Source of the DNA: an uncultured Spirochaetaceae bacterium
Lineage (GTDB): Bacteria; Spirochaetota; Spirochaetia; DSM-27196; SKKC01
Direction of reading: 5' to 3'
NCBI GenBank assembly: GCA_964565375.1
Contig: CAZMEV010000001.1
Coordinates: forward strand, 1,638 to 65,637
Length of the DNA stretch: 64,000 bases
Shown here: one piece after another, positions 9,849-18,789 of the stretch
Numbering within the stretch: the first letter of the stretch is position 1
How the letters are laid out: each line of letters begins with the position of its first letter
Translations under genes and position numbers: made by a program
Notes under the pieces: model-generated
Databases searched by the model: none
Told to the model about the DNA's origin: nothing
The model's input: only the letters and a program-made list of their open reading frames with translations

Positions 9849-12623
9849 ATGACAGACGCTATTCTCTCGACGTACCGGATTCAGTTGAATCCCGTATTCA
9901 ATTTTGACGCTGCTTCCGAGCAGCTTGACTATTTCAAAGCCCTCGGGGTTTCGCACGTGTACTGCTCGCCGTATCTGCAGGCGGCCCGTGGAAGCCAGCA
10001 CGGCTACGATGTAGTCGATCACTCGCATGTGAATGAGGAACTCGGCGGTGAAGCCGGTCATGAAGCATTCTGTGCCCGCCTGGGTGAGATCGGCCTGGGC
10101 CAGGTCCTCGATATCGTGCCCAATCATATGGCGGTATCCGTTCCGGAGAATCGGTGGTGGTGGGATGTGCTTGAAAACGGACCAAGCAGCCGCTACGCCG
10201 ATTACTTTGATGTGGATTGGGAGTACCCGCAAGGCTCGCGCGCGAACCAGGTATTGCTGCCGATTCTCGGTAATCATTATGGACGGATTCTGGAATCCGG
10301 GGAAATCCGCGTCGAGCGTGACGGCGGCATGTTTTTTGCCCGGTATTACGACCATCTCTTTCCAATCGATCCGCGGTCGCTGTCCGGACTGCTCGGTCGT
10401 GCTGCCGAACGGGCCGAGCATTCTGAACTCGGCTTCCTTGCGAGCGCGCTCGATTATCTCCCATTCCCGACGGCCACCGACCGGCCGAGTACGAGGCGCC
10501 GGCATCGTGATAAAGAGGTTATTCGCGAGAAACTCGCAACCCTCCTGTCTGAGCACGCCCATCTTCGCCGCGCTGTGGACGCCGAGGTCGATCTCATAAA
10601 TTCGAATGTAGACAGACTCGACGCGTTCCTGTCCCGGCAGAATTACCGTCTCGCCTACTGGCGTATTGCCCGCAGCGATCTGGGATATCGTCGCTTTTTC
10701 GACATTAATAACCTCATTGCAATTCGTGTCGAGGACCAGGATGTGTTTGCCGATACGCACGAGCGTATTACCGACTGGCTTCGTCGAGGAGTAATAGATG
10801 GTCTGCGAATCGATCATGCCGACGGGCTTCGTGATCCTGAACAGTATTTCTCACGGTTGCGCCACGAGGCCGGAAATGCGTGGATTGTTGCTGAGAAAAT
10901 TCTTCATCCCGGCGAGCAGCTTCCGGATGCCTGGTCGGTTGCAGGCACGACCGGATATGACTTTCTGGCGGTAACCGGCGGATTGTTCGTCAGGCAGGAT
11001 TCCGAACGGGCGATGACCGACTTCTATCGCTCCTTCACCGGCGAAGGCGACCCCTATCATGAATACCTCTACGAGGGAAAGCAGCAGGTGTTGCACGATC
11101 TGCTTGGTAGTGACGTGAACCGCCTCGTTGTGTTGCTTTCAGAGGTTTGCGAACATCACAGGCGGTTTCGTGATTTTACCCGTGAGGATATCTCCGAGGC
11201 CCTTATTGAACTGCTGGCCTGTTTCCCGGTCTACCGTACCTACACAAGGGCGAATGAACGGGTGCTGTATGAGCACGATCGCCGGATAATCGAAAACGCT
11301 GTGTCGGAAGCCCGGGAGCGGCGCGAAGATCTCGATGCCGAGCTGTTCGATCTCCTGTACCAGGTACTTACCCTCGAACTCGACGGCGAGAGCGAACGCG
11401 AGTTCGTCATGCGCTTTCAACAGCTGACAGGACCGACGATGGCCAAGGGCGGCGAGGATACCGCATTTTACCAGTATAACCGCCTTGTGTGTCTGAATGA
11501 GGTTGGAAGTGATCCGGGAGTGTTCGGGACGTCTATCGACGAGTTCCACAAGCACATGGAGGAGCGTGCCGTAAGTCATCCGCGTGCAATGCTTTGCTCG
11601 AGCACTCACGACACGAAACGAAGTGAAGATGTGCGTGCTCGACTTGCGGTTGTGAGCGAGTATCCAAGTCGCTGGGCGGAGGCGGTCTGGAGCTGGTCGA
11701 CCATGGCCGACGATTACCGTACCGAACAATGGCCGGATCGCAATATCGAGTATCTTATTTATCAGACGCTTGTGGGCGCTTGGCCGATCGACGAGGATCG
11801 CATGCTCGCATATATCGAAAAGGCCATGCGTGAAGCGAAAACCCATACGACATGGACTTCGCAGAACGAGCTGTACGAAGCCTCGGTGTTTGATTTTGCG
11901 AAAGGCATTATGAACGATTCCGCCATAATGGAATCTATCGAGCGGTTCGTGGAGCTTGTTCGAGTGCCGGGCTACATTAACTCGCTTGCGAATGTTGCTA
12001 TCAAGCTGCTCGGTCCGGGTATTCCGGACATCTATCAGGGATGTGAGCTGTGGGACTTGAGTCTCGTCGATCCTGACAACAGGCGACCGGTCGATTACGC
12101 CAGGCGTCGCTCAATGCTTGAAGCGGTTCAATCGTGTGGTCCGGATGAACTGTGGAAGCGACTTGACGAGGGCGCACCCAAACTTGCGCTTACGACCGCG
12201 TGTCTCAAGCTTCGCGATCGTCACCCCGAAGTGTTCGCCGGGGCCAGAGACGCTGGACCAGCCGGATATAAGAGACTTGAGGTTTCAGGTCCTGCCGCCG
12301 AAAACATCGTCGCGTTCTCGCGGGATGAGTCGATACTCTGCGTCGTTCCGCGCTTTCCGGCGAGTTCCACACTTGAGTATCCGGAGACTACTGTGGCGTT
12401 TCCCCAGGGAACCTTTCGCAATGTTCTGACCGGGAGGGTTCATACCATTTCCGACGGAAGTCCTCTCGATGCCGACGATCTTCTCAGCGAATTCCCGGTC
12501 GGTGTCTTTGAGTCGGTTTCGAGCTCGGATACGGACAGCGTTTCTGGCGCAGGCGCCCCTTCCGGAGGTGCTCGCTCCGCAGGCGCCCCGTCCGGGGACG
12601 ATGGTTCCGGAGGCAATGAATGA
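9849..12623 (+). CDS. treY: Malto-oligosyltrehalose synthase
   Basis: N-terminus STYRIQLNPVFNFDAASEQLDYFKALGVSHVYCSPYLQAARGSQHGYDVVDH...LDIVPNHMAV is the TreY signature. Its size (924 aa) fits, and it ends in a Ser/Gly/Ala low-complexity tail. Confidence 0.9.
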   Translation: MTDAILSTYRIQLNPVFNFDAASEQLDYFKALGVSHVYCSPYLQAARGSQHGYDVVDHSHVNEELGGEAGHEAFCARLGEIGLGQVLDIVPNHMAVSVPENRWWWDVLENGPSSRYADYFDVDWEYPQGSRANQVLLPILGNHYGRILESGEIRVERDGGMFFARYYDHLFPIDPRSLSGLLGRAAERAEHSELGFLASALDYLPFPTATDRPSTRRRHRDKEVIREKLATLLSEHAHLRRAVDAEVDLINSNVDRLDAFLSRQNYRLAYWRIARSDLGYRRFFDINNLIAIRVEDQDVFADTHERITDWLRRGVIDGLRIDHADGLRDPEQYFSRLRHEAGNAWIVAEKILHPGEQLPDAWSVAGTTGYDFLAVTGGLFVRQDSERAMTDFYRSFTGEGDPYHEYLYEGKQQVLHDLLGSDVNRLVVLLSEVCEHHRRFRDFTREDISEALIELLACFPVYRTYTRANERVLYEHDRRIIENAVSEARERREDLDAELFDLLYQVLTLELDGESEREFVMRFQQLTGPTMAKGGEDTAFYQYNRLVCLNEVGSDPGVFGTSIDEFHKHMEERAVSHPRAMLCSSTHDTKRSEDVRARLAVVSEYPSRWAEAVWSWSTMADDYRTEQWPDRNIEYLIYQTLVGAWPIDEDRMLAYIEKAMREAKTHTTWTSQNELYEASVFDFAKGIMNDSAIMESIERFVELVRVPGYINSLANVAIKLLGPGIPDIYQGCELWDLSLVDPDNRRPVDYARRRSMLEAVQSCGPDELWKRLDEGAPKLALTTACLKLRDRHPEVFAGARDAGPAGYKRLEVSGPAAENIVAFSRDESILCVVPRFPASSTLEYPETTVAFPQGTFRNVLTGRVHTISDGSPLDADDLLSEFPVGVFESVSSSDTDSVSGAGAPSGGARSAGAPSGDDGSGGNE

Positions 12624-14644
12624 GCCGGCGATTTTCCGTCTGGGCTCCCCAAGCGCAATCGGTTGAAATTGTCGTGGACGGGGTGAAGACAGTCATGGGC
12701 TCCAGCGGCGGACGCTGGATTGCGGATATGCGGGCGGATTCACTCGAGCCGCGGTACGCATTTTTCGTGGATGGTGAAGGCCCGTTTCCCGACCCTCGCG
12801 CGCCGCGACTTCCCGATGGCGTTCACGGTCCTGCCCAGGTGGTAGATCACAGCAGGTTTTCATGGAGCGACAAGGATTTCAGAGCGCCGCCGTTGTCCTC
12901 CGCGGTATTTTATGAGCTGCACGTTGGAACCTTCGCGCCGATCGACGACCATGAGTATACCGCCGGATTCGGCTGGTCCGGGCCGAAGGCGCACACTGTG
13001 CCCACAGGGGGTGCACCCGGAGGGGGGACCTTCGATAGTGCAGCAGGCCGTCTGGGCGAGCTTGCCGAGCTCGGCGTAACCCACGTAGAACTTATGCCGG
13101 TTGCCTCCTCGAGTGGAAATCGCGGATGGGGCTATGATGGGGTGGGGCTGTACGCGCCCTTTGAAGCCTACGGCGGGCCTGAGGGCCTGAAGCGGTTTGT
13201 CGATCGCGCCCATGCGCACGGACTCGCAGTCTGTCTCGACTGCGTCTACAACCACCTCGGCCCCGAGGGTAACTATCTCGGCAAGTTTGGCCCTTATTTC
13301 ACCGATGCCTATAACACCCCGTGGGGCGATGCGGTGAACTTCGATCATGAAGGCGCCGATGAGGTCAGGGCCTTTGTCCTCGACAACATTGAACAGTGGT
13401 TTCGCGACTATCACATAGATGCCATTCGACTCGATGCGGTACATGCCCTCTACGACGAAAGCGCCGTTCATATCATGGAGGCCATGGCCGAGCGGACCCA
13501 CCGTCTCGAAGGGGAGCTCGGTAAGCCGCTTGAACTTATCGCCGAAAGCAACATGAATAACCCTTCGCTGGTAACGCCGCGAGAAGCAGGTGGTACCGGA
13601 CTTTCGGCGCACTGGAGTGACGATTTTCACCACGTCGTGCATACCTTGCTTACCGGAGAAGAGCAGGGCTATTACGCCGGTTTCCGCTCTCTCGGCGCAC
13701 TCGCCAAGAGCCTTCGCGATGTCTACGTTCACGACGGCGGCTATTCGCCGGCACGTGGGCGGCATGTCGGTCGGCCGGTTGGAGCACTTCCGCGAAGCCG
13801 GTTTGTCCACTGCAGTCAGAACCATGACCAGGTCGGAAATCGTGCGGTGGGTGAGCGAATCTGTCATCTGGTTTCGCCCGAACGCGCAAAAATCGCCGCC
13901 GCCCTTACAATCCTGCAACCGGCGGTCCCCATGCTTTTCATGGGCGAGGAGTGGGCAGCAAGCTCGCCGTTTCAGTTTTTCACCGATCACCGTGACCCCG
14001 GCCTCGGCGAGGCGGTCACCAAAGGCCGGTGCAGCGAGTTCGTGTACTTCGGCTGGAACCCGGAGGATGTTCCCGACCCGCAGGCGCCGGAAACCTTCGA
14101 ACGAAGCATGCTCAATTGGCAGGAACGCGAGACGGGCGCCCACCGCGAAATGCTCGAATGGTATCGGTCGTTGCTTTCGCTTCGCAGGCGCGCCCCCGAG
14201 CTTTCCGCGTCGACCTGTGAAATCCCGGAGATCGGTTTTCGCCCTGATGGAGACAACGACGCAAGGGGGCTGCTCTGGTTCAGGCGCGGCCGATACCTTG
14301 TTGCACTTCACCTCGCGGCAGTACCATCCGACGACGCACCATCGGAAGCCGCGCCTTCAGCGGACGCATCTTCGCCGGACCCGCCGTCCCACGACGCACC
14401 TCAAGATTCGCAAAACAGAAGCCTCCACCTTCACGCAGCAAGAGCCAGTGCCGAAAGTAACTACTGCACCGTGAACGGTCATGGCAATTCATTTCCGGCG
14501 AGCGCAGCACCCCAGGCATCCGGCGTGAAGCTGCTTCTTTCCTGCGGTGGCGCCTCGTTGTCGGAGAGTGAGGAGCAGCTGCTTCTGGGAAGCGACAGTC
14601 TCGCGGTTGTAGATCTGCTGGCCGAAATCGACCACGAAGCTTGA
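12620..14644 (+). CDS. treZ: Malto-oligosyltrehalose trehalohydrolase with a ~100-aa low-complexity C-terminal extension
   Basis: FSVWAPQAQSVEIVV, PDGVHGPAQVVD, YELHVGTF, GH13 catalytic blocks (DAIRLDAVHA, IAESN, NHDQVGNR). Its start overlaps the treY stop (ATGA). Confidence 0.9.
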   Translation: MSRRFSVWAPQAQSVEIVVDGVKTVMGSSGGRWIADMRADSLEPRYAFFVDGEGPFPDPRAPRLPDGVHGPAQVVDHSRFSWSDKDFRAPPLSSAVFYELHVGTFAPIDDHEYTAGFGWSGPKAHTVPTGGAPGGGTFDSAAGRLGELAELGVTHVELMPVASSSGNRGWGYDGVGLYAPFEAYGGPEGLKRFVDRAHAHGLAVCLDCVYNHLGPEGNYLGKFGPYFTDAYNTPWGDAVNFDHEGADEVRAFVLDNIEQWFRDYHIDAIRLDAVHALYDESAVHIMEAMAERTHRLEGELGKPLELIAESNMNNPSLVTPREAGGTGLSAHWSDDFHHVVHTLLTGEEQGYYAGFRSLGALAKSLRDVYVHDGGYSPARGRHVGRPVGALPRSRFVHCSQNHDQVGNRAVGERICHLVSPERAKIAAALTILQPAVPMLFMGEEWAASSPFQFFTDHRDPGLGEAVTKGRCSEFVYFGWNPEDVPDPQAPETFERSMLNWQERETGAHREMLEWYRSLLSLRRRAPELSASTCEIPEIGFRPDGDNDARGLLWFRRGRYLVALHLAAVPSDDAPSEAAPSADASSPDPPSHDAPQDSQNRSLHLHAARASAESNYCTVNGHGNSFPASAAPQASGVKLLLSCGGASLSESEEQLLLGSDSLAVVDLLAEIDHEA

Positions 14645-14699
14645 GTGATATGCGCTTGGGGCGCACTGCAGAATACGGCTCGAACACAGGGGGATCGGC

Positions 14700-16058
14700 A
14701 TGCCGCAGCTGCCGTTTAATATTTTCATAATCATATTCTTCCTCGGCGGGTGGCTCGGCGCGAAAGCCACAGCCGGACTCAGGCTTCCCGGAATACTCGG
14801 CATGGTCCTCTTCGGTATCGCAGTTTCGGCGTTCGCCGCCGACGCCGTGCCCGAGCTCATGTGGGACCTCGCGCCGTTTCTCACCTCGGTGGCGCTTGTC
14901 GTAATTCTGCTTCGCGCCGGGCTCGGAATACGGCGTGACACCCTTTCGCGGGTAGGACTTCCGGCGGGCCTGCTCGGCGTCGTTCCCTGCCTCATCGAAG
15001 CGGTGGTGCTTACCGCGGCGTTTGTATGGCTGTTCGAGTTTCCGCTGCTCGTTGCTGCACTTGCCTCGTTCGTACTTGCCGCGGTGTCGCCTGCCGTGGT
15101 TGTGCCGTCCATGCTCGATCTCAAGCACCGTGGATTCGGCCGGCATAAGGAGGTTCCGACACTCGTACTCGCCGGTGCGTCGCTCGACGATGTAGTGGCG
15201 ATTACGTTTTTCACCGTTCTGTTGCAGCCGGCGGCCGGATTAGCGACGGCCGGTGCGAACGCGTCCAGCGGCGGACAGACCGCAGGCGCCGCCGGCGGGG
15301 CAGGGTTGGGTGCGAGCGCATCCGCCGGCGCCGGCGAGCAGCTCGGCTCCGCAAGTGAAGGCCTCAGTATCGAAGGCCTCAGTGTCTTCGCCCAAGCGAT
15401 GGCGCGCGTGCCCCTGTCGATAGCAGGCGGGCTTATCGCGGGAATCGTTGTCGGGCTTCTTCTCTCCTGGTTTTTCAGACGCTATTACCGGCACGTTCGG
15501 GCTACCGAAAAGACGCTTATTCTCCTCATGCTCGCGCTTCTCACCGTTGAAGTCGGCGAACTCATTCACGTCGCCGCCCTGCTGGCTGTCATGACCGTCG
15601 GCTTTATCCTCCTCGAGCGCAGCGAACACATCGCCCACGAACTCGCCCTGAAACTGTCCAAGGTCTGGGTAATCGCGGAAATCGTTCTCTTCGTACTTAT
15701 CGGAATGGCTGTTGAGGTTGATGTTGCTCTCGGCGCCGGTCTGCGCGGGCCGGCGGTCATTGCCCTCGGGCTTCTCGGGCGGTCGGCCGGAGTGCTTGTC
15801 TCGCTCGCTCTAGGCAGGGCCCGGCTCAATCCGGCCGAACGCCTTTTCTGCGTACTTGCCTACCTTCCGAAGGCGACCGTACAGGCGGCTCTCGGAAGCG
15901 TGCCCCTGGCCGCGGGCGTGTACGGCGGCGAGCAGATTCTCGCCGTAGCCGTGCTTGCCATTCTCGTAACCGCCCCGATCGGGCTTCTTTCTATTCGCCT
16001 TATCGGGCCGAAGCTTCTCGACGGGCCTGCCGATACCGCTCCGGAGACCGTCGTATGA
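14700..16058 (+). CDS. Cation:proton antiporter (Na+/H+ exchanger family)
   Basis: A polytopic membrane protein with about 11-12 hydrophobic segments and N-terminus FIIIFFLGGWLGAKATAGLRLPGILGMVLFG, typical of CPA-type exchangers. It contains a Gly/Ala/Ser-rich loop insert. Confidence 0.75.
   Translation: MPQLPFNIFIIIFFLGGWLGAKATAGLRLPGILGMVLFGIAVSAFAADAVPELMWDLAPFLTSVALVVILLRAGLGIRRDTLSRVGLPAGLLGVVPCLIEAVVLTAAFVWLFEFPLLVAALASFVLAAVSPAVVVPSMLDLKHRGFGRHKEVPTLVLAGASLDDVVAITFFTVLLQPAAGLATAGANASSGGQTAGAAGGAGLGASASAGAGEQLGSASEGLSIEGLSVFAQAMARVPLSIAGGLIAGIVVGLLLSWFFRRYYRHVRATEKTLILLMLALLTVEVGELIHVAALLAVMTVGFILLERSEHIAHELALKLSKVWVIAEIVLFVLIGMAVEVDVALGAGLRGPAVIALGLLGRSAGVLVSLALGRARLNPAERLFCVLAYLPKATVQAALGSVPLAAGVYGGEQILAVAVLAILVTAPIGLLSIRLIGPKLLDGPADTAPETVV
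15357..15386 (+). repeat. 15-bp in-frame tandem duplication (EGLSI/EGLSV) inside the antiporter loop insert
   Basis: gaaggcctcagtatc / gaaggcctcagtgtc, 14 of 15 identical. Confidence 0.8.
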
Positions 16059-17284
16059 CGACGCACCATACGCTTCATTTCTCCGCCGCGGACGCGCTCT
16101 CCGAGCGCGAAAACGAATCCGTGCACCTCGCAGTCACCTCTCCCCCGTATCCGATGATCGAAATGTGGGATGCGGCATTCGCCGACTGGGAGAGCAGATA
16201 TGGTGAATCCGGGGAGACCGCCCTGGAAAGCATCCGCTCGGCGCTCGATGCCGGCCGGGGGTGGAATGCCTTCGAGGCGATGCACGTGCTGCTTGATTCG
16301 GTGTGGCGTGAGTGCTTTCGTGTGCTTACCGACGGTGGCTTTCTCGTTATTAATATAGGCGATGCGACCCGCTCGCTGGGGAGCGAGTTCGCCCTTTATC
16401 CCAATCACGCGCGGATCGTTTCCAGCTGTGTTTCGATCGGCTTCACATCGCTTCCCGGCATCCTATGGCGCAAACAGACCAATGCCCCGAACAAGTTCAT
16501 GGGCTCCGGTATGCTTCCGGCCGGAGCCTACGTGACGCTCGAGCACGAGCATATCCTCGTGCTTCGAAAGGGCGGAAAGCGCGCCTTCCGCACGAGTGCC
16601 GAGAAGGCACGCCGCCGGGAAAGCGCGCTGTTCTGGGAGGAGCGCAACCGGTGGTTCTCCGATCTCTGGGATTTCAAAGGCGACAGGCAGGAAATGGGCG
16701 ACGGCGCCGAGCGCAGCCGAAGCGGAGCCTTTCCCTTCGAGCTTCCGTTTCGCATTGTGAACATGTACTCGCTTCTCGACGATCTCGTACTCGACCCCTT
16801 CGCGGGAACCGGAACGACACTCGCCGCCGCAGCCGCCTGCGGGCGACATTCTGTGGGATATGAGGTTGATGTTTCGCTACGGCCCGCGGTTGCCGCGACC
16901 TGCTCCCGGATTACCGACGCGGGTCGGGCGAGGCAGGAACAGCGACTTAGCGAGCACCGCGATTTTGTTGCCAAGGCGGCCGAACGTGGACGGCCGAAAA
17001 CCGCCCACCACAACCGAACCCACGACCTGCCCGTGGTAACCGGCCAGGAGCGCGAGCTCACCATTATGCGCCCGGAGCGGGTTCAGTTCGCCGCCGGCTC
17101 TCTTCCGACGCAAGATCCGGCCGGTGCGTCGGGGCCGTCGCAAGGGCCGGCCGGTGCGGCGCAAGGGCCGGCCGGTGCGGCCCCTTCCGGACCGGAGCTT
17201 GACCTTTTCCCGGCGACGGATTCACACGGACCGCTCAGTTTTGATGTGGATCTGGAGCCGGCCGGGTCGCCGCCCCGGCATTAA
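16055..17284 (+). CDS. Site-specific DNA methyltransferase, beta-class N4/N6 type (SPPY catalytic motif); no cognate endonuclease nearby
   Basis: Motif IV TSPPYP precedes motif I LDPFAGTGTT (beta permutation). The ATG overlaps the antiporter stop (ATGA at 16055-16058). The C-terminus is a Pro/Ala/Gly repeat tail. Confidence 0.85.
   Translation: MTTHHTLHFSAADALSERENESVHLAVTSPPYPMIEMWDAAFADWESRYGESGETALESIRSALDAGRGWNAFEAMHVLLDSVWRECFRVLTDGGFLVINIGDATRSLGSEFALYPNHARIVSSCVSIGFTSLPGILWRKQTNAPNKFMGSGMLPAGAYVTLEHEHILVLRKGGKRAFRTSAEKARRRESALFWEERNRWFSDLWDFKGDRQEMGDGAERSRSGAFPFELPFRIVNMYSLLDDLVLDPFAGTGTTLAAAAACGRHSVGYEVDVSLRPAVAATCSRITDAGRARQEQRLSEHRDFVAKAAERGRPKTAHHNRTHDLPVVTGQERELTIMRPERVQFAAGSLPTQDPAGASGPSQGPAGAAQGPAGAAPSGPELDLFPATDSHGPLSFDVDLEPAGSPPRH
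17109..17180 (+). repeat. 21-bp in-frame tandem repeat in the methyltransferase tail
   Basis: cgcaagggccggccggtgcgg occurs twice perfectly (17139-17159, 17160-17180). An imperfect copy lies at 17109-17129. It encodes (S/A)QGPAGA units. Confidence 0.85.
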
Positions 17285-17355
17285 GCATCCCGCGGTGTCC
17301 CTGGGCAACCGGGGTCGCCGCCCGGGCACTGAATCGCTATACTTCCGGCATAGCT

Positions 17356-18789
17356 ATGTCACATCGAAAGCTGCTCGCTGCGCTCATGGCGCCGACTCTC
17401 AGTTCCATCACCATGCTCGCCATGTTCGCCGTAGCGATTCCCTCGCTGCGTGCCGAGTTTTCGCTGACCGAGGATGTCGCGTCGTGGCTCCAGGTCGCCT
17501 ATGCGCTTCCTTTCATGATGTTCATGCCGCTGTACGGACGACTTGCCAACAGCCTCGGTGCACGACGACTGCTTCTGCTTGGTCTCGGTCTTTTCACGGT
17601 TGGTACGGCACTTATTCTGATCGTGGAGACGCTCGAAACCATCTTCCTCGCGCGTGCCATTCAGGGAATGGGAGCGGCCGGCATTAATCCGCTTTCGATG
17701 GCCATTATCATGCATCATGCGCCGAGCGATCGTCGTGGAAATATGCTCGGCACCTGGAACTCCATCGGGCCGATCTCGGGAATGGTCGGTCCGCTGGTCG
17801 GTGGGTTTCTGATTGACCTGTACGGGTGGCGAAGCATTTTCGCCTTTGCCCTGGTTATCGCGCTTGCCGCTCTTCTGCTTGCCCATCACGGGATCCCGTT
17901 CGACAAACACGAAACATCGAAACGCAAGCGTGATGTGCTTCGCACCTTTGACTGGCCGGGAGTCATCCTGTTCAACGCAGGTATAACGCTTTTTGTGTTT
18001 TATCTTTCGAGCAGGCCCATTTCGGGAGTGGCGCCACTGGCCGACTGGCGTTTTCTGGTCTCCGCCGTAGTCGTCGGCGCGGCGTTCGTCGTATTGCAGA
18101 GGCGTAGAAGGGATCCGTTTATCCGGCTGTCCATTTTCCGCAATCGCAACTTCTCTTTCGCATCGATCTGCGTAAGTGTGCGTATGGCACTTATGGGCGG
18201 AATTACCTTCGTAGCGCCGTTATATGTCACAGACCTCTTCGGGTTTTCAGCTACTGAGGCCGGGGCGGTTATTACGCTTCACGCGTTCGCCCTTCTTATT
18301 ACCATGCGTCTCGGTGGGAAGCTCATAGACCGCTATAAGAGCCGCGTTCAGATAATCGCCGGGCTCGGTATCGAGTCGGTGGCAATGCTTGTCCTCGCGC
18401 TTCTGCCGGAGGCAGCAGGGTTGTCACCGGTGCTCGCAGCGATTGCCCTGCACGGCCTGGGGGCCGGCCTGTGCCTCGCGGCGCTGCACCTGTATGCACT
18501 GAATGGTCTGCCTGCGGAAAAGTCGGCGGTTGGAGCCGGCTTGTACAGTATGGTTCGCTTCGCGGGCTCAATGTTCGGCCAGGCGGTTGGAGGAGTTGTC
18601 CTGTACGCAGGGATTGCCCGGCTCGGTGCTACGGCGGCGGGGTATACACCGGTGTTTGTATTCTATCTTCTCCTGAGCCTGATAGGAGCCGGCGCGGCGT
18701 TCGGTTTGACACCGAAGCTCGCCGGGGTAGAAAGCTCTGAAGCAGGAGAAGACTATGACGGTGGCGCTGCATTTAACTCGAGCCGGTAG
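17356..18789 (+). CDS. MFS transporter (14-TMS drug:H+ antiporter-like)
   Basis: MFS motif A-like GRLANSLGARRLLLLG, about 14 hydrophobic segments, 477 aa. Confidence 0.8.
   Translation: MSHRKLLAALMAPTLSSITMLAMFAVAIPSLRAEFSLTEDVASWLQVAYALPFMMFMPLYGRLANSLGARRLLLLGLGLFTVGTALILIVETLETIFLARAIQGMGAAGINPLSMAIIMHHAPSDRRGNMLGTWNSIGPISGMVGPLVGGFLIDLYGWRSIFAFALVIALAALLLAHHGIPFDKHETSKRKRDVLRTFDWPGVILFNAGITLFVFYLSSRPISGVAPLADWRFLVSAVVVGAAFVVLQRRRRDPFIRLSIFRNRNFSFASICVSVRMALMGGITFVAPLYVTDLFGFSATEAGAVITLHAFALLITMRLGGKLIDRYKSRVQIIAGLGIESVAMLVLALLPEAAGLSPVLAAIALHGLGAGLCLAALHLYALNGLPAEKSAVGAGLYSMVRFAGSMFGQAVGGVVLYAGIARLGATAAGYTPVFVFYLLLSLIGAGAAFGLTPKLAGVESSEAGEDYDGGAAFNSSR

Noticed and set aside
9465-10817. 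450-aa ORF antisense to the histidine-kinase 3' end and the treY 5' end
   Set aside because: It spans two well-supported plus-strand genes and their intergenic gap. It has low-complexity composition and no start-site support.
12860-14311. 483-aa ORF antisense to treZ (and the 294-aa +2 frame ORF at 13590..14474)
   Set aside because: treZ carries clear GH13 catalytic blocks in its own frame. The alternative frames are Arg/Pro/Ser-rich shadows.
14700-18789. Restriction-modification system around the methyltransferase
   Set aside because: Both flanking genes are clearly transporters, and no endonuclease-like or specificity-subunit ORF is present. It is therefore called an orphan methyltransferase.
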